Source of the DNA: Candidatus Poribacteria bacterium
GTDB taxonomy: Bacteria > Poribacteria > WGA-4E > WGA-3G
Assembly (NCBI GenBank): GCA_965214095.1
Contig: OZ243938.1
Coordinates: 3,680,001 to 3,744,000 of the forward strand
Reading direction: 5' to 3'
Length of the DNA stretch: 64,000 bases
Shown: positions 29,704 through 40,102 of the stretch, piece after piece
Numbering within the stretch: position 1 is the stretch's first letter
How the letters are laid out: each line of letters opens with the position of its first letter
Made by a program: the position numbers and the translations under genes
Notes under the pieces: model-generated
Database searches by the model: none
Seen by the model: only the letters and a program-made list of their open reading frames with translations
What the model was told of the DNA's origin: nothing

Positions 29704-31500
29704 ATGACAGGTAAAAGAGAGACAACATCAGAGATATTGATAGGTTCAGAAATTGAAGACACTTCATCGGAACAGGTTAACTATCCGCAACTTATTCGTG
29801 AGTTGAATTGGCAGATAGAGATGCTTGAAAATGAGATCAGTGATCTGCGAAGACAACTCAGTAATACACCGGGAGATGATGTTGATGCGCGTCTATATGA
29901 CATGACGCGTGAACTGATGCAGGCACATCGTCAAAACCGCAAATTAAGAAATACCCTGCAAGAGGCAAAAGAGAAACTTGAACTTCTGAAAGAAAAGGTC
30001 AAGCAACTCAGTGCGCCTCCGAACAACTACGGTATTTTCCTGAGTGCTAATGATGATGGCACGATAGATGTTGACATCAGTGGTAAGAAATGGCGTGTCA
30101 ACCATGATCCCGCCCTTGACCTCAAGCAGCTACAAGTTGGACAGGAAGTCATAGTCAATAGTGGTTTAAATGTTGTAGCAATTCAACCCCCTGAAAAACA
30201 TGGCGATGTCGTCAAGATTAAAGAGATGCTTGATACTGATAGGGCTGTGATTAATGTCAGAACAGATGAAGAACAGGTTGTTCGTATATCTGAATCCTTG
30301 AAGGGTGAGACATTAAAATTGGGTGACAACGTTTTACTGAATCATACCAGTGGCATGCTGCTTGAAAAACTACCTAAACGTGAACTTGACGACCTTCTAC
30401 TTGAAGAAGTTCCTGATATTAGTTATGAAGATGTCGGTGGTTTAGATACACAGATAGAAGCCATCCGTGATGCGATTGAAATGCCGTATCTATATCCTGA
30501 TGAGTACAAGGAATTTAGTCTCACACCACCAAAAGGGGTACTATTATACGGACCGCCGGGATGTGGGAAAACTTTAATTGCACGTGCAGTCGCGAATTGT
30601 CTTGCTGAACGTATGCGTCAAGAGACTGATAGAGAAGATGTTAAAGGATATTTCATTAATATTAAGGGACCAGAATTATTGAATAAATATGTTGGGGAGA
30701 CAGAGCGAAAGATCCGAGAAGTTTTTTCCAAAGCACGCGAGAAATCCAAAGAAGGTTTTCCTGTTGTCATTTTCTTTGATGAAATGGATTCGTTGTTCCG
30801 TTCCCGTGGTACGGGTATTTCATCTGATATGGAGTCTACGTTAGTACCGCAGTTCCTTGCCATGATTGATGGTGTAGAGAATCTACGTGATGTAATTGTG
30901 ATTGGGGCAAGTAATCGTCAGGACCTATTGGATCCAGCAGTATTACGACCGGGAAGGCTTGATATAAAGATCAAGATTGATCGTCCGTGTATTGAAGGAG
31001 CAAAGGATATTTTTGCTATCTATTTAACGCCTGACTTGCCGTTTGCTAAGGAAGAAGTTGATAAATTTGATGGAAATACAGAAAGTGTTTCAGAACACAT
31101 CATTTCAGCTGCTGTTGATGAGATGTATGCGACTACTGATGAGAATAAGTTTATTGAAGTTACATACACTCGTGGTGAACGAGAGACGCTTTATTTCAAA
31201 GATTTCGTTAGTGGAGCAATGATTGAGAATATCGTCTCCCGTGCGAAGAAGATGGCGATCAAACGATTGATTAGTTCTGAAGGGAAAGATAAAGGTATTT
31301 CTCTTAACGATATGAAAACTGCCATTCGAGAAGAGTATCGTGAAAACGAGGACCTTCCGAACACCACTAATCCAGATGATTGGGCAAAGATATCTGGCAG
31401 GAAAGGTGAGAAAATCGTGAACATTCGGGCATTGATTAATGAACCTGAGCCACGTAGACAACCCGATGTTCGTGTAAGTAAAGGCGGTACATACCTATAA
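29704..31500 (+). CDS. arc: Proteasome-associated AAA ATPase ARC/Mpa
   Basis: N-terminal coiled coil, PP hinge, OB domains, GPPGCGKT, FFDEMD, EDLPNTTNPDDWAKISG, C-terminal GTYL (HbYX-like). Confidence 0.96.
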   Translation: MTGKRETTSEILIGSEIEDTSSEQVNYPQLIRELNWQIEMLENEISDLRRQLSNTPGDDVDARLYDMTRELMQAHRQNRKLRNTLQEAKEKLELLKEKVKQLSAPPNNYGIFLSANDDGTIDVDISGKKWRVNHDPALDLKQLQVGQEVIVNSGLNVVAIQPPEKHGDVVKIKEMLDTDRAVINVRTDEEQVVRISESLKGETLKLGDNVLLNHTSGMLLEKLPKRELDDLLLEEVPDISYEDVGGLDTQIEAIRDAIEMPYLYPDEYKEFSLTPPKGVLLYGPPGCGKTLIARAVANCLAERMRQETDREDVKGYFINIKGPELLNKYVGETERKIREVFSKAREKSKEGFPVVIFFDEMDSLFRSRGTGISSDMESTLVPQFLAMIDGVENLRDVIVIGASNRQDLLDPAVLRPGRLDIKIKIDRPCIEGAKDIFAIYLTPDLPFAKEEVDKFDGNTESVSEHIISAAVDEMYATTDENKFIEVTYTRGERETLYFKDFVSGAMIENIVSRAKKMAIKRLISSEGKDKGISLNDMKTAIREEYRENEDLPNTTNPDDWAKISGRKGEKIVNIRALINEPEPRRQPDVRVSKGGTYL

Positions 31501-31520
31501 ATTGGTGTTCAAATCTTGAC

Positions 31521-31623
31521 TATAGTGAATTATAAATATAAATTGACACTTTCACCTTACGGTAGGCGAAGTTTCCTAACCTCGCCGATGCAGAGTATTC
31601 AAGTAATTTCAAAATCTACTATA
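31521..31623. mobile_element. 103-bp TA-bounded MITE between arc and dop
   Basis: Near-identical to 15414..15516. Confidence 0.85.
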
Positions 31624-31651
31624 TTGACCAATTTGATATTGAAAGTGAAGA

Positions 31652-33133
31652 ATGACAGTACCAACAATAATCGGCACCGAAACAGAGTTCGGTATCTCTG
31701 TCAAGAATGCGCGTGAACAAGACCCTGTAGCGGCATCAACATTAGTTGTCAATGCCTATAAGAGTCGTAACATTCCAACGATTTCGTGGGATTATGCCCA
31801 AGAAAGTCCAATGTTGGACGCACGCGGGTTCACGGTGGAGAGTGAAAAACAACCAAGTGAAGATGTTAATAATAGTGTAATCAACGATATTCTTATCAAT
31901 GGTGGTAGGTATTATGTTGATCACGCACATCCTGAATATTGTACCCCTGAGTGTAGTAATGCACGCGATTTGGTAAAATATGAAAAGGCAGGCGAATTGA
32001 TTTTAGATTTGAGTCGTCTCGCTGCCGAACAGTTGTTGTTGGATAACCAAGAAATCATCATATACAAGAACAATACAGATTACAAAGGACATAGTTACGG
32101 ATCGCATGAGAACTACCTGATGTCACGTAAGATTCCGTTTCCGGACATAGTAAACGGTCTGATACCATTTCTCGTTACACGACAAATCATTACTGGCAGT
32201 GGAAAGGTAGGCGCGGAAAACGGAGCGGATGAAACCGAATTCCAAATTTCGCAACGGGCAGACTTCTTTGAAAAAGAGGTAGGACTCAGCACAATGGTTG
32301 AACGGCCATTGATTAACACTCGCGATGAACCACATGCAGATTCAAAGTTGTATCGCCGGTTGCATGTTATCGTGGGTGATTCAAATATGTCCGAATTCAC
32401 TATATATCTGAAGGTTGGTATAACTGCGATCGTTCTGCAATTGATTGAGAAGAGGGTGGTTGGTAAGCAATTTGCTTTACATGATCCTGTAGCGGTGATA
32501 AAATCAGTATCTCGGGATTTGTCATGTAAGCATGTCTATGAACTAAAAGATGAGCGCAAATGGACAGCAGTAGAAATCCAGCAGGCATATCTTGAACTTG
32601 CACATAAACACCTTACCACTGAAGAACGGACACCTGTAGTGGAAGATGTTTTGGAGAAATGGGAATTTGTGTTAGAAGGTTTGAAATCTGACCCGATGTG
32701 TTTAGGACACCATTTAGATTGGGTGATAAAGAAAAAACTGATTGATGCGTATATTACTCGACACGGCTTTAAATGGACAGACCCGCGTATCAGAATGCTT
32801 GACCTACAATATCATGACTTGCGTCCAGATAAAGGACTTTATAATCGCTTACAAAAAAATGGCCATGTGGAGCGCATATTAACGCATGAAGAAATAGTTC
32901 ATGGGATACAGCATCCCCCATTAGATACACGTGCTTATTTTCGTGGTACATGTCTGCGGAAATTCCCAGATAGTATTCACAGCGTAAGTTGGAATTCAAT
33001 TGTTTTCAACGGTTCAAACGGTTTTGATAAGATAATGATGGATCGTCCACACTTTGGCACCCAAGCGATTGTCGGTGAACTGTTGAATACTTGTACTGTT
33101 GATGAGCTTGTTGACAAAATCCGAAATGACTGA
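31652..33133 (+). CDS. dop: Pup deamidase/depupylase Dop
   Basis: IGTETEFGI, WDY..ESP..DARGF (Dop loop), YVDHAHPEY, NTRDEPHAD, RRLHVIVGD, TRAYFRG. Confidence 0.93.
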   Translation: MTVPTIIGTETEFGISVKNAREQDPVAASTLVVNAYKSRNIPTISWDYAQESPMLDARGFTVESEKQPSEDVNNSVINDILINGGRYYVDHAHPEYCTPECSNARDLVKYEKAGELILDLSRLAAEQLLLDNQEIIIYKNNTDYKGHSYGSHENYLMSRKIPFPDIVNGLIPFLVTRQIITGSGKVGAENGADETEFQISQRADFFEKEVGLSTMVERPLINTRDEPHADSKLYRRLHVIVGDSNMSEFTIYLKVGITAIVLQLIEKRVVGKQFALHDPVAVIKSVSRDLSCKHVYELKDERKWTAVEIQQAYLELAHKHLTTEERTPVVEDVLEKWEFVLEGLKSDPMCLGHHLDWVIKKKLIDAYITRHGFKWTDPRIRMLDLQYHDLRPDKGLYNRLQKNGHVERILTHEEIVHGIQHPPLDTRAYFRGTCLRKFPDSIHSVSWNSIVFNGSNGFDKIMMDRPHFGTQAIVGELLNTCTVDELVDKIRND

Positions 33134-33214
33134 AGTGAATCTTGTTGAATAGGAATTATGTTCATTATTTATAGATAAAGGTTATTCGTAACCGTAATTG
33201 TAAAGGAGCACACA

Positions 33215-33412
33215 ATGCCACGCGAAAAACAGCAAGAATACCGCGATCACCCCACCAATGAAAGTGAGGAGATCCAACCAAATCCAGAAATCAATGAAAA
33301 CGTTGATGATATAACGGATGATTTAGATGCCCTTCTTGATGAAATTGATGAAATTTTAGAAGAAGATTCGGAGGAATTTGTCGAGAACTATATCCAGCGG
33401 GGAGGTCAATAG
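33215..33412 (+). CDS. pup: Prokaryotic ubiquitin-like protein Pup
   Basis: 65 aa, acidic; DLDALLDEIDEILEEDSEEFVENYIQRGGQ; sits between dop and prcB. Confidence 0.95.
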   Translation: MPREKQQEYRDHPTNESEEIQPNPEINENVDDITDDLDALLDEIDEILEEDSEEFVENYIQRGGQ

Positions 33413-33414
33413 GA

Positions 33415-34206
33415 TTGCTCAAACCCGATGACTATGGCACGACCGATTTCTTACAGATCCTGAAGAGCAGATATCCCGATCAGGTTGCAGACTGGAACCG
33501 TCTCAATAAGGTGCAAGATGACTTTCCACACAATTATTTGGAAGGTACTACTGTCCTCGCGCTTGTCTATGATGCTGGTGTGATTGTTGCAGGAGACCGT
33601 CAAGCAACTGAAGGATATCAAGTAGGTGAACGTCGCATTCAAAAAGTGTTTAAGATTGACAGACACTCTGCAATTGCTGTTGCAGGTGTTGCGGGTCCCT
33701 GTTTTGAAACTGCTAAACTCTTCCAAGTCCAAGTTGAATTTTACGAAAAGATGGAAGGGGTGTCTCTAAGTCTAGATGGACAAGCGAACTATCTTTCAAG
33801 CCTTGTTAGAATGAATTTGAGTTTAGCTATGCAAGGTCTGATTGTCCTTCCGATTTTTGCTGGATACGATTTAAAACAGAAGAAGGGACGAATCTTTAAA
33901 TATGATGCTCTCGGTGGACGTTACGAGGAAGACACCTATTATTCCATCGGTTCTGGTGGTAAAGATGCACGTTCTACCTTAAAAAAGATGTATCGCCCTG
34001 ATATGTCTGAACAAGATGCTCTAACAGCGGTAGCAGAGGCATTATGGGACGCTGCGGATGAGGACATTGCAACGGGTGGTCCCGATTTGATTAGGAAGAT
34101 ATTTCCTACGTTGATTTCCATTACAGAACAAGGTGTTTCAGATGTTTCGGATGAGACTGTAGCCGGATTGTTTGAGGCATTGATTTCCAGATTGGAACAA
34201 AGATAA
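33415..34206 (+). CDS. prcB: 20S proteasome beta subunit
   Basis: ~44-aa propeptide then G|TTVLA, AGDRQAT, SIGSGG, DEDIATGG; TTG start 3 nt after the pup stop. Confidence 0.95.
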   Translation: MLKPDDYGTTDFLQILKSRYPDQVADWNRLNKVQDDFPHNYLEGTTVLALVYDAGVIVAGDRQATEGYQVGERRIQKVFKIDRHSAIAVAGVAGPCFETAKLFQVQVEFYEKMEGVSLSLDGQANYLSSLVRMNLSLAMQGLIVLPIFAGYDLKQKKGRIFKYDALGGRYEEDTYYSIGSGGKDARSTLKKMYRPDMSEQDALTAVAEALWDAADEDIATGGPDLIRKIFPTLISITEQGVSDVSDETVAGLFEALISRLEQR

Positions 34207-34263
34207 CTCCCCAACTTTTATGATATAACGGTAAATTATTGAATTAATTCTACACATTGATCA

Positions 34264-34329
34264 GACGAGGTTAGGAAACCTCGCCTACCGTTGATAGAAA
34301 ATGTAGATATAATTATATGCTTCACCATA
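34264..34329. repeat. REP hairpin with MITE end between prcB and prcA
   Basis: GACGAGGTTAGGAAACCTCGCCTACCG...CTTCACCATA. Confidence 0.7.
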
Positions 34330-34343
34330 GATTAGAGGAATAA

Positions 34344-35054
34344 ATGTCAACCCCTTATTACGTTTCACCTGACCAGATTTGGGAAGATAAAAAGGTATTT
34401 GTTGATCGCGGCATAGGACAAGCAAAGGAGGTGGTTGTTTTAGAATATAACAACGGTCTCCTGATGGTAGCAGAGAACCCGCGAAGAACTATATTCAAGA
34501 TTTCAGAAATATATGATAGGATAGCACTTGCTTCTACTGGTCGTGTTTCGGAATATGAAACACTGCGTGTAATCGGTATTCGTGAGGCAGAGGTGAAAGG
34601 ATATACCTATTACCGAGAAGATGTGACAGGTAAATGGTTGACGAACCTATATTCACAACACATGATGGCAATTGCACAAGCGTGGGATGTAAAGCCGTTG
34701 GAGATTGAACTACTCGTCTGTGAAGTGGATGGAGAACCGGATGTGAGAAGCCAGATATACAAGATCGGATTTGATGGGACTTATGAGGAAATGGAGAATT
34801 TCGCAGTTATAGGAGGAAGAGCAGAAGCCATAACCGAGAAACTAAATGAGACATACACAGAGGGGTTGGACTTAACCGAAGCGATGCAACTTGCATCAGA
34901 CACTTTTGAATCTATTGAAGTAGAAGAGTCAGAACCGTATCAGATAACACCGCAATCCATTGAAGTAGGGTGTCTGGATGCGACTTATGAACGTCGTAAG
35001 TTTCGTCGTTTCACCGTTGAAGAGATAGTAGAGATATTTAACCATGCATCGTAG
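34344..35054 (+). CDS. prcA: 20S proteasome alpha subunit
   Basis: PYYVSPDQ, AENP, KISEIYDRI, Y.REDVTG, KPLEIELLV, RRKFRR. Confidence 0.95.
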   Translation: MSTPYYVSPDQIWEDKKVFVDRGIGQAKEVVVLEYNNGLLMVAENPRRTIFKISEIYDRIALASTGRVSEYETLRVIGIREAEVKGYTYYREDVTGKWLTNLYSQHMMAIAQAWDVKPLEIELLVCEVDGEPDVRSQIYKIGFDGTYEEMENFAVIGGRAEAITEKLNETYTEGLDLTEAMQLASDTFESIEVEESEPYQITPQSIEVGCLDATYERRKFRRFTVEEIVEIFNHAS

Positions 35055-36405
35055 AATTTACGGATTGGAAACCGAATACGGCATAATCTGTACCCCAGAT
35101 AAGAACAGAGGAAAAAAACTTACTGTACAGAATGTTGTCATGTATCTGTTTCGTGAAATCATTTCGGGGCGTATGTATCCCGATGTGTTTTTGGAGAACG
35201 GTGCAAGATTTTATCAAGATATAGGATGCCATCCGGAATATGCTACACCAGAATGTGATGATGTTATTGAACTTGTTGCACACGATAAAGCGGGAGAACG
35301 TATTGTCACACGTCTCGCTACCACAGCAGAACGTAGAATGCGGACAGATGGATTTCGAGGAAAAATCTCCATCTTCAAAAACAATTTAGATACAGTTGGT
35401 AATACTTACGGCTGTCATGAAAACTACCTGATGGAACGCGAAAAGGTGAGTTTTCGGCAGTTAGCATCACAACTCATACCATTTTTTGTCACCCGGCAAA
35501 TATATTCAGGTGCAGGCAAAGTTAAACGAAGCGACCAAGGCTTCTATGAGATTTCTCAGCGTGCACAACATATCCGAGAAGAAATATCTATTGCGACAAC
35601 AACTGCACGTGGTATTATCAACACGCGAGATGAACCCCACGCAGACAGAGAAAAATATAGACGATTGCACGTCATCGTTGGCGATTCCAATATGTCCGAA
35701 TTGTCCACGTTTTTGAAAGTTGGCACGACAGGCATTATCCTACGAATGATAGAAGATCATTTCATTACCGAACGATTCGCACTCCGCAATTCTGTACAAG
35801 CTATTCATGATATTTCAGAGGATATATCGTGTAGACGTTTAATTGAGCTTGAGAATGGCAAACGTCTATCTGCTATTGAACTTCAATGGCAATACTTTGA
35901 ATGCGCGAAACGGTATCTTGAACAAGCAGAATCTGATCCTACTACAGATGAGGTTATGTCGCGCTGGGAATATGTAATGACACGGCTGGAGAAGGATCCG
36001 ATGCAATTGGACCGTGAGCTTGATTGGGTTATCAAGCGAAAGTGGCTTGAGGCTTATGTCAGCCGTAGTTCGGTAGACTGGAATTCTGCCGAAGTGAGAC
36101 GTTTAGATTTGGAATACCATAACATACGTCAAGATGCCAGTGTCTATTATAAAGCAGAAAAGAGAGGATTAACGGAAAGGATTTTAGATGAAAACCAGAT
36201 TCGCCAAGCGATGCATGTGCCACCACAACGCACTCGTGCAAAGTTTCGTGGAAGGTTTATCAAACTTGTAAATAATGGTAAAGTCTTGTGCGGTGTTAAT
36301 TGGAGTTATATCCAATTGTATGAACCGTATCAGAAACTATATTTATCTACGGATCCACTTGAACCAGAATTTGAAGAAGCGAGTAGAATGATTTATTCTA
36401 TATAA
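35044..36405 (+). CDS. pafA: Pup--protein ligase PafA
   Basis: RRIYGLETEYG, VFLENGARFYQDIGCHPEYATPEC, YGCHENYL, RGIINTRDEPHAD, TRAKFRG. Confidence 0.94.
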   Translation: MHRRIYGLETEYGIICTPDKNRGKKLTVQNVVMYLFREIISGRMYPDVFLENGARFYQDIGCHPEYATPECDDVIELVAHDKAGERIVTRLATTAERRMRTDGFRGKISIFKNNLDTVGNTYGCHENYLMEREKVSFRQLASQLIPFFVTRQIYSGAGKVKRSDQGFYEISQRAQHIREEISIATTTARGIINTRDEPHADREKYRRLHVIVGDSNMSELSTFLKVGTTGIILRMIEDHFITERFALRNSVQAIHDISEDISCRRLIELENGKRLSAIELQWQYFECAKRYLEQAESDPTTDEVMSRWEYVMTRLEKDPMQLDRELDWVIKRKWLEAYVSRSSVDWNSAEVRRLDLEYHNIRQDASVYYKAEKRGLTERILDENQIRQAMHVPPQRTRAKFRGRFIKLVNNGKVLCGVNWSYIQLYEPYQKLYLSTDPLEPEFEEASRMIYSI

Positions 36406-36499
36406 ATAGTCATGAGCAGTCTGTGATCGGCTAAATTCTGGATCATACTGTACTATACATGGTTTCAGAAAGCCGGCAAATTATAACAGGAGGAATTTA

Positions 36500-39133
36500 A
36501 TGTCACAACCAAAGTATGTTTACTTCTTTGGAGGCGATGAATCCGAAGGAAATGCAACGATGCGTCTCCTTCTCGGTGGGAAAGGTGCAAATCTTGCTGA
36601 AATGTCTACTCTCGGCATTCCAGTACCACCAGGATTCACCATCTCCACTGAAGTATGCAAATTCTATTATGATCACAATAATAAGTACCCGAGTGGTCTT
36701 GACCAACAGATAACCGAAAACATTCAGAAATTGGAAGATGTACTTGATGCGAAGTTCGGTGATACTGAGAATCCGATGCTTTTGTCAGTTCGTTCAGGTG
36801 CTGCAGTTTCAATGCCCGGTATGATGGACACAATCCTAAATCTCGGTTTGAATGATGATGCCGTGAAAGGACTCATTAATAAGTCTGGTAACGAAAGGTT
36901 TTCTTACGATGCATATCGTAGATTTGTTCAGATGTTCGGTAACGTAGTGTTAGATGTTGACCACGACGCGTTTGAACACCTACTTGAAGAAAAGAAAAAA
37001 GATAAAGGTGTTACATTAGATACTGAATTAGATGCATCCGATCTGTCAGACCTTGTCAAAGAATTCAAGACTATCATCAAGCAGAAAACGGGTAATGATT
37101 TTCCGGATGAACCCCGTCGACAGTTAGACATGGCACGTGATGCTGTGTTTGAATCTTCCGGTAATCCACGTGCAATTACGTACCGCCGAATCAACGATAT
37201 ATCTGAAGAGCTTGGACGTACCGCCGTGAATGTACAGGCGATGGTATTCGGTAACATGGGTGGCAGTTCTGGAACAGGAGTTGCTTTTTCACGGAACCCA
37301 TCTACGGGTGCGAATCAGTTCTACGGTGAATTCTTGATGAATGCACAAGGTGAAGACGTAGTTGCAGGTATCCGAACCCCGTTGCCAATATCTGAGTTGA
37401 GAAATATTAATTCTGAAGCGTACGATGAATTGGTAGGTATTGGTTTAAAATTAGAGAAACACTACAAAGATATGCAGGATGTGGAGTTCACAATTCAAGA
37501 TGGTACGCTTTATATGCTTCAAACACGGAATGGTAAACGCACAGGTCAAGCTGCTGTTCGTATCGCCGTAGAGATGGTTGAAGAAGGTTTGATAGACAAA
37601 GAAACCGCATTGACACGTGTTCCTGCGAATGATTTGGATCAATTATTACATCCAAGTGTTGACCCTGACGCATCTGTTGAGGTGATTGCTCAGGGATTGC
37701 CAGCATCACCGGGTGCTGCGCTTGGTAAAGTCGTCTTCACAGCACTGCGCGCAGAAGAAATGGCTGCTAAAGGAGAAAAGGTCATCCTCGTCCGTTCAGA
37801 AACTTCACCAGAAGATATTGGGGGTATGGATGCAGCAGAAGGTATTCTTACCGCACGTGGTGGTATGACAAGTCACGCAGCTGTAGTTGCCCGCGGTATG
37901 GGAAAATGTTGTGTTGCAGGATGTTCTGACTTGTTCATTAATGAAAAGTCATTAGAATTTTTTGCGGGTGGAAATCGTTACGCTGAAGGTGATTTTATCA
38001 CACTCAACGGATCCACGGGAGATGTGCTTAAGGGACAAGTATCACTCATACAACCTGAGCTGAGTGGACAATTCGGTATTCTGATGGAGTGGGCGGATGA
38101 AGTGCGCACGCTTGATGTTCGGACAAATGCCGATACACCCGATGATGCTAAGACAGCCAGAGAATTTGGTGCAGAAGGTATAGGACTCTGTCGGACTGAG
38201 CATATGTTCTTCGGAACTGGAATTGATGCCGTTAGAGAGATGATCCTTGCTGATGATACAATAGAACGCAAACAGGCATTGGCAAAACTGTTAGCACATC
38301 AGCGCACAGATTTCATCGGTATATTTGAGGCGATGGCTGGGTATCCCGTTACTATCCGTACACTTGACCCTCCATTGCACGAGTTCCTACCGAAAAATGA
38401 ATCAGAAATCAAAGAACTTGCTGAAAGAATTAATGTAGATGCACAGAAACTTCATGAACGTGTTGAAGAATTACATGAGTTCAATCCAATGCTTGGACAT
38501 CGCGGATGCCGACTCGGTATCGTCTATCCAGAGATAACCGAAATGCAAGCACGTGCTATATTTGAAGCTGCAGTTGATGTTTCCAAACGCGGTATAAAGA
38601 TTTTGCCAGAAATTATGATACCACTTGTTGGACATATCAATGAGTTCTCATTGCAACGCGAAGTCGTTGTTGACACTGCGGAAAAAGTATTCAAAGAAAC
38701 AGGTTCCCGTGTAGAATATCTTGTTGGGACGATGATTGAACTGCCGCGTGCTGCACTCACTGCAGACAAAATCGCTGCAGAAGCGGAATTCTTCTCCTAC
38801 GGCACAAACGACCTGACGCAAACAACATTTGGCATGAGTCGTGATGATGCTGTGAAATTCCTTGACGATTATGTTAAAAATGGCGTACTTGAATATGATC
38901 CATTCCAAGTATTAGACCAAGAAGGTGTTGGCAGTCTACTGCAAATCGGTTGTGAAAAAGGACGATCCGTACGACCAGAATTGAAGGTCGGTATCTGTGG
39001 GGAGCACGGTGGCGAACCGAATTCTGTGAAGTTCTGTTATGGATTGGACTTCAATTATGTATCTTGTTCTCCGTTCCGTGTACCGATTGCTCGACTTTCA
39101 GCAGCGCAGGCTGTTATTGAATCAAAAGCGTAG
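36500..39133 (+). CDS. ppdK: Pyruvate, phosphate dikinase
   Basis: LLGGKGANLAEM, SMPGMMDT, GGMTSHAAVVARG, GLCRTEHMF, GICGEHGG. Confidence 0.98.
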   Translation: MSQPKYVYFFGGDESEGNATMRLLLGGKGANLAEMSTLGIPVPPGFTISTEVCKFYYDHNNKYPSGLDQQITENIQKLEDVLDAKFGDTENPMLLSVRSGAAVSMPGMMDTILNLGLNDDAVKGLINKSGNERFSYDAYRRFVQMFGNVVLDVDHDAFEHLLEEKKKDKGVTLDTELDASDLSDLVKEFKTIIKQKTGNDFPDEPRRQLDMARDAVFESSGNPRAITYRRINDISEELGRTAVNVQAMVFGNMGGSSGTGVAFSRNPSTGANQFYGEFLMNAQGEDVVAGIRTPLPISELRNINSEAYDELVGIGLKLEKHYKDMQDVEFTIQDGTLYMLQTRNGKRTGQAAVRIAVEMVEEGLIDKETALTRVPANDLDQLLHPSVDPDASVEVIAQGLPASPGAALGKVVFTALRAEEMAAKGEKVILVRSETSPEDIGGMDAAEGILTARGGMTSHAAVVARGMGKCCVAGCSDLFINEKSLEFFAGGNRYAEGDFITLNGSTGDVLKGQVSLIQPELSGQFGILMEWADEVRTLDVRTNADTPDDAKTAREFGAEGIGLCRTEHMFFGTGIDAVREMILADDTIERKQALAKLLAHQRTDFIGIFEAMAGYPVTIRTLDPPLHEFLPKNESEIKELAERINVDAQKLHERVEELHEFNPMLGHRGCRLGIVYPEITEMQARAIFEAAVDVSKRGIKILPEIMIPLVGHINEFSLQREVVVDTAEKVFKETGSRVEYLVGTMIELPRAALTADKIAAEAEFFSYGTNDLTQTTFGMSRDDAVKFLDDYVKNGVLEYDPFQVLDQEGVGSLLQIGCEKGRSVRPELKVGICGEHGGEPNSVKFCYGLDFNYVSCSPFRVPIARLSAAQAVIESKA

Positions 39134-39275
39134 TAGTGTTCTGTCTACACTAATCTTGTAGGTCGGGTAGAGGGACGAAACCCGACATGCAGCCATTTAT
39201 CATTAATAAAGTCGGGTTTCGGTGCCTCTACCCGACCTACAATGTCCGAATGGACACTCCAGTAGACGCAACATA
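39134..39275. mobile_element. MITE with TAGTGTTCTGTCTAC/GTAGACGCAACATA ends carrying an inverted GTAGGTCGGG REP pair
   Basis: Imperfect terminal inverted repeats; the same end occurs at ~20534 and ~24593 (inverted). Confidence 0.65.
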
Positions 39276-39288
39276 TCTGATTTCTATA

Positions 39289-39322
39289 GGTGTGTGTGTA
39301 ATAAATTACATACACACCTTTT
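39289..39322 (+). terminator. Rho-independent terminator after ppdK
   Basis: GGTGTGTGTGTA...TACATACACACC followed by TTTT. Confidence 0.6.
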
Positions 39323-39418
39323 CTTTTATATTTATTGCCACATTAGAAAATCAGTTGAATTTCAATATCAAATTGTGGTAAATTGACATGAGAAAAAGAA
39401 ATCATAGGAGAACAAAAA

Positions 39419-39988
39419 ATGAATGCTCAGGAAGTACAACACATCACACCCAACAGTCTTCCACCTGATATTCCACAGATGACATTGGAGGAGTTCCTTG
39501 AAAGTGATTTAGAGGGATATGAATATATAAAAGGAGAATTAATTCCAATGGCACCAACATCTGTTGAACACGGTGACATTAGTATGAACTTAATTACACC
39601 ATTAAACTTACATGTTCGTGCAAATCAATTAGGTCGTGTGTATGCCCCGGATACAGGTTTTCAGGTTGGAGATAGGTTCCTAATACCTGATATCGCATTC
39701 ATATCAACAGATAAACGTCCTACAGACCGTAGCAAAGCGTTTAAAGTTCCACCAGACCTCGCTATTGAAGTGGTATCTCCCACAGATATATTACGTCGGG
39801 TTGAAGATAAGGTGTTTGCATACCTTGAGGCTGGGACCCAGTTAGTATGGGTGATTAGTCCGGGAGCCAAAACGGTAACTGTTTATCGTTCTGAAACAGA
39901 CATCACGCTGCTCACGCGGAATGACACACTTAGTGGTGAAGAGGTAGTTGCAGGATTTTCCTGTGAAGTTGCAGAACTTTTTGAATAG
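39419..39988 (+). CDS. Uma2 family (DUF820) endonuclease-like protein
   Basis: YEYIKGEL, PDIAF, PPDLAIEVVSP, YLEAGTQLVWVI. Confidence 0.92.
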   Translation: MNAQEVQHITPNSLPPDIPQMTLEEFLESDLEGYEYIKGELIPMAPTSVEHGDISMNLITPLNLHVRANQLGRVYAPDTGFQVGDRFLIPDIAFISTDKRPTDRSKAFKVPPDLAIEVVSPTDILRRVEDKVFAYLEAGTQLVWVISPGAKTVTVYRSETDITLLTRNDTLSGEEVVAGFSCEVAELFE

Positions 39989-40102
39989 AACCTATGAATA
40001 GATAGAAATTATCCAACTACAGCAATTAGAAATAGTGATATGATAAATTGAATTGTAAAAGAATTTAGATAAAAGCACAGCAACACATCAAGGAGAACAA
40101 AA

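Noticed and set aside
33215-33412. Modifier as UBact
   Set aside because: The C-terminus is GGQ with the Pup helix motif, not R[S/T]G[E/Q].
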